A stretch of DNA of 40,650 nt from IMG/VR virus record IMGVR_UViG_3300029305_001264; one strand, written 5' to 3'. The notes under the pieces were generated by a model, which was not told the origin of the DNA, ran no database searches, and saw only the letters and a program-made list of their open reading frames with translations. Below, piece by piece: positions 34,801 through 40,650 of this stretch. This DNA comes from a virus. The position numbers and the translations under genes are program-made. Numbering within the stretch: position 1 is the first letter of the stretch; each line of letters starts with the position of its first letter.

Positions 34801-37800
34801 TCAATATGGAAGAAGCCAACCGGATGCTGAACGATTACCGGGGCGGCCACAGCAGTTTCCCGGTGGCACAGGGCATTGCTGATCAGTTTGTAGCGGAGTA
34901 CAAAGAGAGCCACAAGGGAAAGGTGCTTTCCGAGCGGGATACCATGGTGGCGGAGCTGGAGCGGCAGAATGCGGCGCTGCAGGAGGATGTGGAGGAGCTG
35001 AAAAAGCTTCTGGCGCTGCAGGGTCAGGTGACCGGCGGGCGTATCCCGAAGAAGAGCAGTGTGGAGGCGGCGGCAAAATGGCTGAAGGGCTATGCCGGTG
35101 CTACCATGGATGCCGATGACATGAAAGAGCTTGCCGGGATGCTGACGGAGTTTTACGGAGCGATCCTGAACGATGAGGAGCTGGCATGGGAATCTGTTAT
35201 GGAAAAGGCAGCGCCTATTGCCGACTTTATCCAGGCCAGGGTGAATGTGAAGCCTCAGATGAGCGAATATTCAAAAGATGTGCTGCGGGAGCTGAGAGGT
35301 CGGAAGATCAAGCTTTCTGACAGCCAGAAGGCGGAGGCGGCCAGAGCATACGGCAGCTACAATGAATACCGGAAGGCGGCTTTTGGCAGTGTGACACTTT
35401 CCAATGAGGGAATCCCTCTGGACAGCTTGTGGCAGGAGATGGCAAGCATCTTCCCCGGAACATTTGACGAAAATGTGACGGCGGGAGATCAGCCGGCGGC
35501 ACTGCTTGAGGTGATCCAGGGACTGCGGAGCACGGACCAGGCGGCCATGGAATATGAATACAACCGGGAGTTCATTCGGGCTGACCTGATCCGGGCAGTC
35601 TATGACAGTTTCTGGCGGGTGGATACCCTGAAGACCGTGGCAGACAAAAACCAGAAGAAGGTAAACGAGCTCAAAGCAAAGCACCGTCAGCAAATGGATA
35701 CGCTTCGGCAGGAGAAGAATAAGGCCATCCAGCGGGTGAAGAAGCAGTGGGCTGATGACATCGAAAAAGTGCGGCGGGAGATGCGCCAGGAGATCCGTGA
35801 CCGGGTGACCGCGACAGAAAAGCGGTACCAGGAATCCAGAGCCAAAGCGACTGAACAGCGGCGAACCACCGCCGGGAAGAAGCGGGTACGGAAGCTGGTG
35901 GCTGAGATCCGGAGCCTCTACGAACACGGCACGAAAGAGCGCAATGTCAAGAAGGGCATGCGGGACTTTGTGGAGCATGCGCTGGCGGCGGCAGAGGTCC
36001 TCTTTATGGACAATTACACGGACGAGGACATCGTCATGGCCGGTGTGAGCGTTAAGCTGGAGGACAGCCAGCGGCGGCTTCTGGATCGCACGCAGGAACT
36101 GATCCGGAAGCGGGATGATGTTTTCAAGGGCGGAAAAGATGTGCAGACTGCGGAAGCGGTGATCGCCGGTGATACGGCGGAACTGGATGCGCTGCAGGAG
36201 CGCTACGATGCGCTGCAGGAGCAGATAAACAAGAATCTGCGGCTGCTGGGACGGGTGCTGCGGGCAGAGCGGGCACGGCTTAATGAGACCACCATCACGG
36301 CGGTGCTGGAAGGTCTGGCGGAAGCTTACAAGCAGCTGGGAAGATCTGATGACAACTTTATCCGCAACGGAACCTATGAAACGGTCTACCAGGGACTGAT
36401 GCAGCTGATCGAGGATGTGCGTGGTACCACGGTAAAGGACATGACCAGCGACCAGCTGGAGGCGGTGGAGCGGGCATTCAAGGAGGTGCTGCACACGATC
36501 CGTGCGGCAAACAAGGCTTTCGTCCAGGGCAAGAAAGAGACCATTGCGGAGCTGGGTGAGGCTGCTGTGCGGGAAGTGAAGGCCGTGGGCGGTTTCCATG
36601 AGGACCGGAACACGGCGCTGGACCCGGTGAGAAGATTCTGGTGGAACAATCTGAAGCCCGTATACGCCATGAAGCGCATCGGTTCCAAGGTGCTGACGGA
36701 TGCCTACAACGCGATCCGGCGGGGTGAGGATACCTGGGCACGGGATATCGATGAGGCCAGGAGATTCTTCCAGGCGGCGGCAGACCGGTACGGCTATGAC
36801 CAGTGGGACCAGGAAAAGGGCTATGTGTTCAAAACTCCCAACGGACAGGAATTCACCCTGACCCTGGGCCAGATGATGAGCATCTATGCCTACTCCAAGC
36901 GGCAGAATGCCAAAGATCATCTGCGGATCGGCGGTATCGTATTTGACCCCAATCAGGAGGTATACCGGGACAATGCCAACGGCAAGCGGCGCAAGCGCTC
37001 CCTGAACGATGCGACCGCATACCAGATCGGTGAAGGCACGGTGGCTGCCATCCTGGAGCAGATGACGAAGGAGCAGATCGCTTTTGTAGACGAGATGCAG
37101 AAGTATCTCTCCGAGACCATGGGCGCCAAGGGCAACGAGGTCAGCAATGTGCTTTACGGTGTTGACCTCTTTGGGGAAGAAAATTACTTCCCGATGAAAT
37201 CGGCCCGACAGTATCTCTTTGAACAGAATCAGCCTGCGGGTGAGGTCAGTTTGAAGAACAGCGGTTTCACCAAGGCCATTCAGCCGGGAGCAAACAATCC
37301 CCTGATCCTGGGAAGCTTCATGGATGTGTGGAGCCAGCATGTGAACCGGATGAGCACTTACCACGGATTCGCACTGCCCATCGAGGACTTTAACCGGATC
37401 TTCAACTACCAGACCGGGCGGAATGAGGAAAAAGCTTCCGTTTCCGTAAAGGCAGCGATCCAGGGCGCATACTCCCCTGCCGCGATCCAGTACATCAGCC
37501 GGATGCTGACGGATATCAACGGCGGAGCCAGGACGGACCCGGCTGCCGGTGTGATCGGAAAGATGATGAGTCTTTTCAAGAAGGGCGCTGTTTTTGCAAG
37601 CCTTTCCGTGGCGATCCAGCAGCCCAGTGCCATCGGCAGAGCGGCGGCGCTCATCGACCCGAAATGGTTCAGCGGCAAGAAGGTGACCAAGCAGAACATC
37701 GAACAGGTCTGGGAGGAGTGCAAGGAATACGCTCCGGTCGCTCTGATCAAGGAGATGGGTTTCTTTGACACCAGTGTGGGCAAGTCCACCCAGGACTACA

Positions 37801-39902
37801 TCACGGCCCGGAATTACAAGGGCCTAAAAAACATCGTCAAGGGATTCTTTACAGATGCCAGCTACCGGGACGAGCAGATGGGTATGCTGCCGGCGCTTCT
37901 CGACAATATCACCTGGGCCAATATCTGGCAGGCGGTAAAAAGGGAGCAGCTGGATAAACATCCGGATGCGGACCCCGCAAGCGAGGAATTTCTGAAGCGG
38001 TGCGGTGAGCGGTTTACCGAGATCGTGACGGAGACCCAGGTATATGACAGTGTGCTGAGCCGGAGCGCCAATATGCGAAGCAAGGACACCGGCATGCAGA
38101 TGCTGACCGCATTTATGGCGGAACCGACCACCAGCATGAATATGCTCTCCAACGCAGTGGTCCAGGCCAGACGGGGAGACAAAAAAACGGCTGGCCGGGC
38201 GGTGGGCGCTGTTGTGGCGGCGCAGATCATCAACAGCATCCTGGTATCGCTGGTGTATGCGGCCCGGGATGACGATGAGGAGCAGAGCTATGCCGAAAAG
38301 TATCTGGAGGCCCTGGCGAACAATATATGGAACGATGTTTTCCTGATGGTACCGAATTCCATTCCCTTTATCAGCGATATTATGAGCATGCTCCAGGGCT
38401 ATGATGTGGAGCGCAGCGATATGGCGGTGATCTCCGACATGATCAATGCCATCCAGCAGCTGAGCAATGAGAAGAAGAAACCCTGGCAGAAGGTGGAGCT
38501 CTTTGTCGGGTCCCTGGCGCAGATTTTCGGCCTGCCGGTGAAGAACATTCTCCGGGATGTAAAGGCTATCTACAATGTGGCGGACGGTATGCTCTTCGGT
38601 GAGCGGTCCACGGCGGCGGGATTTGGATATGCTGTGAGAGAAGGCATCACCGGTGATGCGGTGAGCAATGCCCAGCAGCTGTACGATGCCCGGGTGAACG
38701 GGGACAAAGCCCACGAAGCCAGAGTGACGGCCCGGTACGAAAACCAGGAGAGTGCGGATGCGGCTGTTCGGAATGTGATCAAGAGAATGTTTATGGCGGG
38801 AGAGATCGACCGGGTGGAGGCTCAGCGGCAGCTGATGCTGTATGCAGGCTATGACAATGCGGTGGAGATCTATTGGCTGGTGGATGCATGGGTTTACGAA
38901 AAGGATACCGGAAGCTCTGACGGCTACGGAAAATACAATGACATCTACGCAGCTATGTTGGCCGGTGAAAGCATCGATGCGCTGATGACCGAATTTACGG
39001 ACCTTGGGTACCGGGAAGACGATGTGCTCAGCCAGATGAAAAAGGAAGTCGGCCGGTGGTATTATGACGATGAATCGGAGACCAGGATCGGCAGAGACCA
39101 GGCGGTGGATATGCTGGGACAGTATTTCGGCATGGATGAGGACGAGATCGCCGAGCAGATGCGCTCCTGGGATATGCGGATGGAGACCGGATTCAGCTAC
39201 TCTGAACTGAAGGGCGAATACATGGAGGGCAATGTATCCCGGGAGGAGGCCCTGCGGCTGCTCCAGGAATACGGCCTGCTCCACAGCACGGAGGCGGAAG
39301 ACCGGGTGGCTGACTGGGACTTTGAAGCGGAGCACGGATTCGGCTATGACGATATCCGGCATACCTATCAGGACGGCGAGATCACGGCGGCGGAGGCCAT
39401 CGATGTGATGATGGGTTTCGGCGGGAAAGACCGGGAGGATGCGGAGTATGCGATCCGGCTCTGGGATTTTGAGACCAAGAACGGATGGGCATATGAGAGC
39501 AGAGTATCGCTCTATAAGCAGGGCCGTATCTCCGGAGATGTGCTGCAGAAGGCTCTGATCGAATTCGGCGGGTATACCCCGGAGGATGCACGGACCCAGG
39601 TCGAGGTATATGACTGGGAGATGGAGGGCATCAAGAATGTGACCATCACCCGGGTGGAGCGGTACCATGAGTTTGCGGAGCCTGCGGGCATCAGCAAGGC
39701 GGTATACATGGATGTACAGCGGTACAGCGCTGACACCAAAAATGATGTGGATCCGGATACCGGCAAGTCCATCAACTACTCCGCTATGAAAAAGGTGATG
39801 GCATACATCGACAGCCTTCCCCTGACGGAAAAGCAGAAAGATGCTATGGCATACAGCCTGGGATGGAGCAAGAAAAACATCGAGAAGTACAAGCCCTGGT
39901 AA
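28878..39902 (+). CDS. Giant multidomain (polyvalent-type) virion protein, 3,674 aa: zincin HExxH metallopeptidase-like module, PBECR-like nuclease module, hydrophobic segments, coiled coils, C-terminal repeats
   Basis: 11,025-nt uninterrupted frame. GTG start 7 nt after AAGGGGG. HELTH at 32190-32204. The HILNGHG...YYVVQAV...VSAF pattern lies at about 32700-33170. Confidence 0.85.
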   Translation: MAFSVSDALSERKDRKAAQSGQNSSGNMGANNAGQSRQTITGSFSVSDALRNRQNRNGNQGSNVSDPTSIIDRYNSLVGQYNDSIGGGPSFGVSADDVLGSQRDMRAESAAIYNELDSYRAYLGDDVVDDMLSSLEGMVSGWNDIVSKAKYYSQWESPEDYEHFTYLSGMDLAAQTQAIEDQEAAIADLKKARPGGILGMALHGAGYYSTDDYLAANDDIQAAEDQLAQMRQDLYDATLLQQGQQESAWEKQYSGMSYDQLMPIIQGMEEGAERDWLEGYAPSTMTAQDMTEKQAENNTEIYYLDQFEKEWEAILEREFMLQNSGEWTKAQQDQIDAEKEALLQRYGVDSLEAAQSRRETLMAENWELDNRAAYDAIPEAEGFQANSGVPEGYTTGTGSAVSLFDYINDIEGARERETLRMAGHGESPYAIYDFMDDQQIGIFNYLYNVQGMDAAEDYLQYIQYDLNAKRNQSIAAGAQTIAQEAGAAASLFSIPAMMMSGLGILDVGMQHLGRAVSGGYAPIDYNRGAMAYNTIGSTIRQTRAQHYNEKGTINLNENEHPILARLLNGRGWGDVYQLGMSLADSYLVGNIGKVTGLGGKATLLLSGSAATQGVLDAVESGASDEQALLIGILNGAAEYLFEKYELDNLLGQDTSYLKAIANQALTEGFGEGMTSVSNALVDYLVMAENSGLEQKAREYMLMGYSESEAMTQALLDIAADIGWDVIGGMVSGAAMSGGFQATQAVLTPADVRSNSKRLRELGMSRFDADQKAAELYDLAQGYGDAAGNFQRNYAPGQDTGEYALEFRTAYEMGKAGADRQRLGSDSFRVMSQSQRDIAYDTGVEARKKAAGREKTEVKATLEVSEDQKTVRTDTGKEVKIDGFASVGDKATLKVGSDTVKMTDVSYASAEEAAMYETVATVAGSASTANAMLEQQRKSDVSPVDFANGLWEAYEAGRIGSATRAELGQMEFAGKLPLAVRNIAYSRGIDRGRYQANAAEAVLKAKGKQNKGQRKEGKLHFDRKGRTFSDIQETGLAAMESFSKALGIQVYVYESFVKNGERVYKNGNGETVKAPNGFYDPETGAIHIDLNAGNFGQGTMLFTLAHELTHYIKQWSPVRFRVLTEAVLRAYSTKGQSVNALVEKQMAKAKESGRNLTPEQALEEVVADSMEAMLVDGSFGKVLADIKARDKTLWQKIKDWLLEIADKLKKAADAYRGMKPDSVEGRMVREMDGVFDEIQKLFAEGLVEASENFAAAEGQKNTTQEGGVKYSDKYLAAEVDPNVLNMVTQVTSGNYSDNDKVELGKVPDDIAAKIKEITGVDPSGFRIVIEARQMLHILNGHGSNGDANRSMKDPNDIARIKYVIFTPDDIRGPGMTRAYTHQRKGKARPAPTVLYEKNIGEKSYYVVQAVPDTKAKTVYIVSAFIGPSGYKKEASQLINASNGPDATAKPGSVVASKNSIRKAEAIVNPKSVEAMDLEVDEKTESVAPTVMMSERTWTQSEYVQERDMAALAISKAIGVSIQKAKDYIDSVNSIAKMIADDRTRLDYFSSPGRSSFIGNVEYGGSFDFSTLCKKRRLLTGTFTAIQKALPNTALTANEILEIRKRMQDAGLEVSCGLCYVEGSRANMGQFAKEFLRLYKQYYPDGWQPNMADVNTPEGIEWVRINHPEVYEQYEYFWNHYGTLKPGDKNLFASQQKPKLYQLHTEYKGEILQKFRNDDNVEEKNINGGIRLQSFSDFEIVHLIDTMQIIMDMSLVGLAGQAYTKVPDFAWALGDTGLKINLSLIAKGVDENGNLIFDDVEGMPIQEAMRLRERYSENVGTILVAFNDAQLKAAMADPRVDFIIPFHRSQWKKSQYEAMGLPKNTKDYTYMQNEKYIKPQYHEYRGRMVRDKATNYMPNEYWDFSKSGTENARAYLEMCARNNKRPKFYKLLTDNKDGSYSLKEDGSTDGYWKLLIDFKMYDNQGNGSPQRPVTPEFNMEEANRMLNDYRGGHSSFPVAQGIADQFVAEYKESHKGKVLSERDTMVAELERQNAALQEDVEELKKLLALQGQVTGGRIPKKSSVEAAAKWLKGYAGATMDADDMKELAGMLTEFYGAILNDEELAWESVMEKAAPIADFIQARVNVKPQMSEYSKDVLRELRGRKIKLSDSQKAEAARAYGSYNEYRKAAFGSVTLSNEGIPLDSLWQEMASIFPGTFDENVTAGDQPAALLEVIQGLRSTDQAAMEYEYNREFIRADLIRAVYDSFWRVDTLKTVADKNQKKVNELKAKHRQQMDTLRQEKNKAIQRVKKQWADDIEKVRREMRQEIRDRVTATEKRYQESRAKATEQRRTTAGKKRVRKLVAEIRSLYEHGTKERNVKKGMRDFVEHALAAAEVLFMDNYTDEDIVMAGVSVKLEDSQRRLLDRTQELIRKRDDVFKGGKDVQTAEAVIAGDTAELDALQERYDALQEQINKNLRLLGRVLRAERARLNETTITAVLEGLAEAYKQLGRSDDNFIRNGTYETVYQGLMQLIEDVRGTTVKDMTSDQLEAVERAFKEVLHTIRAANKAFVQGKKETIAELGEAAVREVKAVGGFHEDRNTALDPVRRFWWNNLKPVYAMKRIGSKVLTDAYNAIRRGEDTWARDIDEARRFFQAAADRYGYDQWDQEKGYVFKTPNGQEFTLTLGQMMSIYAYSKRQNAKDHLRIGGIVFDPNQEVYRDNANGKRRKRSLNDATAYQIGEGTVAAILEQMTKEQIAFVDEMQKYLSETMGAKGNEVSNVLYGVDLFGEENYFPMKSARQYLFEQNQPAGEVSLKNSGFTKAIQPGANNPLILGSFMDVWSQHVNRMSTYHGFALPIEDFNRIFNYQTGRNEEKASVSVKAAIQGAYSPAAIQYISRMLTDINGGARTDPAAGVIGKMMSLFKKGAVFASLSVAIQQPSAIGRAAALIDPKWFSGKKVTKQNIEQVWEECKEYAPVALIKEMGFFDTSVGKSTQDYITARNYKGLKNIVKGFFTDASYRDEQMGMLPALLDNITWANIWQAVKREQLDKHPDADPASEEFLKRCGERFTEIVTETQVYDSVLSRSANMRSKDTGMQMLTAFMAEPTTSMNMLSNAVVQARRGDKKTAGRAVGAVVAAQIINSILVSLVYAARDDDEEQSYAEKYLEALANNIWNDVFLMVPNSIPFISDIMSMLQGYDVERSDMAVISDMINAIQQLSNEKKKPWQKVELFVGSLAQIFGLPVKNILRDVKAIYNVADGMLFGERSTAAGFGYAVREGITGDAVSNAQQLYDARVNGDKAHEARVTARYENQESADAAVRNVIKRMFMAGEIDRVEAQRQLMLYAGYDNAVEIYWLVDAWVYEKDTGSSDGYGKYNDIYAAMLAGESIDALMTEFTDLGYREDDVLSQMKKEVGRWYYDDESETRIGRDQAVDMLGQYFGMDEDEIAEQMRSWDMRMETGFSYSELKGEYMEGNVSREEALRLLQEYGLLHSTEAEDRVADWDFEAEHGFGYDDIRHTYQDGEITAAEAIDVMMGFGGKDREDAEYAIRLWDFETKNGWAYESRVSLYKQGRISGDVLQKALIEFGGYTPEDARTQVEVYDWEMEGIKNVTITRVERYHEFAEPAGISKAVYMDVQRYSADTKNDVDPDTGKSINYSAMKKVMAYIDSLPLTEKQKDAMAYSLGWSKKNIEKYKPW

Positions 39903-39915
39903 GCCGGGGCGGGCG

Positions 39916-39954
39916 GTCCGGGGATAGAGAACCCCGGGCCGCTTCTGTTATGAT
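39916..39954 (+). promoter_or_regulatory. Box-promoter copy 4: GTCCGGGGATAGAGAA-N17-TATGAT (upstream of the fibre gene)
   Basis: Box at 39916-39931. Extended -10 TGtTATGAT ends at 39954, 29 nt before ATG 39983. Confidence 0.5.
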
Positions 39955-39982
39955 TGAGGCATGAGAAAGGAGTGAGCCTATT

Positions 39983-40650
39983 ATGAATTATGCGAGATCC
40001 AGGATATCCCTGAATGTGCAGGACACCAGCTCCCCCGTGGTGCTGGATGCCAAGCGGGGCGATACCAAGCGGGAGATCCTGATCGATTTAATGGACGGTG
40101 ATGAGCCTTATGTGATCCAAGAGGGCTGCTATGCTATCTTTACAGCGCAGAAGCCGGACGGAAACCGGATCTACAATGACTGCACCATCAATAATAACAT
40201 CATTCGGTATCGTTTTACTCCCCAGACCAGCAATGTGGTTGGCACGCTGAAGTGCGAGATCAAGCTGTATGACCAGAACGATGAGATGATCACATCGCCC
40301 CGGTTCGGCATCCTGGTGGAGCAGCCGGTATTTTATGACGGCGATATCCCGGAAAGCGACTATGAATTCAATGCCATTACGGATATCGTCAAGGACACGG
40401 CGCAGGAATACCTGGAAGAGAATCCCGTTCTTGTGGATAACACTCTGAGCGTACCGAATATGGCTGCGGAAGCGGCTGCCACGGGCGCAGCGATCAACGA
40501 AGCCAAAGGTATCGCGGAGAATTCGCTGCCCAGAAGCGGCGGCGTAATGACCGGTGCCATGACGGTGCAGGAACCCACGGAGGATGCGAACCCTGCCACC
40601 AAGGGGTATGTGGACGGTAAGGCTGAGGAATTGCGGTACAGCCCGATCGT
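39983..40650 (+). CDS. Tail fibre / receptor-binding protein, 5-prime part (BppU-N-like N-terminus; continues at base 128 of the window)
   Basis: AAAGGAG RBS and ATG 39983, with no stop before the window end. The N-terminal [29 protein letters not shown]...RFGILVE resembles the baseplate upper protein N-domain. Confidence 0.75.
   Translation, partial: MNYARSRISLNVQDTSSPVVLDAKRGDTKREILIDLMDGDEPYVIQEGCYAIFTAQKPDGNRIYNDCTINNNIIRYRFTPQTSNVVGTLKCEIKLYDQNDEMITSPRFGILVEQPVFYDGDIPESDYEFNAITDIVKDTAQEYLEENPVLVDNTLSVPNMAAEAAATGAAINEAKGIAENSLPRSGGVMTGAMTVQEPTEDANPATKGYVDGKAEELRYSPI
40524..40650 (+). repeat. 127-nt terminal duplicate of bases 1-127 (circular-closure overlap)
   Basis: Base-for-base identity on direct comparison. 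Confidence 0.97.

Noticed and set aside
28878-39902. The giant ORF as a tape measure protein
   Set aside because: A 3,674-aa tape measure would imply an implausibly long tail. No tail tube, terminator or chaperone-frameshift genes accompany it. It also contains enzyme-like modules (HExxH, PBECR-like) that tape measures do not typically carry in this arrangement.
1-40650. A diversity-generating retroelement, a retron or another reverse-transcriptase-based system, which are common in gut phages
   Set aside because: No listed ORF shows reverse-transcriptase motifs. No template/variable repeat pair was seen near the fibre genes. This is based on visual inspection only.

Overview
The window is a complete, circularly closed genome of a temperate phage. 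Bases 40524-40650 repeat bases 1-127 exactly, so the unique length is 40,523 bp. One tail-fibre ORF reads through that junction. Strong AGGAGG-type ribosome-binding sites, frequent ATGA/GTGA coupling, a phi-LC3-type holin and a Prp protease point to a Gram-positive (Clostridia-like, fairly GC-rich) host. Almost all genes are on the + strand; the integrase, a lipoprotein and two XRE-type regulators are on the - strand. Module order: fibre/host-recognition genes (39983-junction-1951), lysis cassette (1948-3106), a sigma region-4-like regulator (3108-3341), a three-gene cargo block (3524-4811), attP built on a tRNA 3-prime fragment with arm-type repeats (4816-5186), the lysogeny module (5060-8368), a divergent consensus-promoter switch (8390-8516), a hairpin-rich early region with a Rad50/SbcC-like ATPase, an MBL hydrolase and a replisome organiser with internal iterons (9003-17762), then terS, terL, portal, Prp, scaffold and capsid (17982-25347), and virion genes ending in one 3,674-aa ORF (28878-39902). 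No tape measure, tail tube or chaperone-frameshift genes are visible, so the virion is probably podovirus-like. Main items for follow-up: the giant polyvalent-type protein; a four-copy 16-nt box placed exactly 17 nt upstream of -10 hexamers; a four-copy hairpin family with covarying stems; a roughly 500-nt ORF-free structured leader; two adjacent genes built from 15-residue repeats; and Prp-type LQLF cleavage motifs on scaffold and capsid. No similarity searches or structure predictions were run; protein-family names come from motif recognition only.
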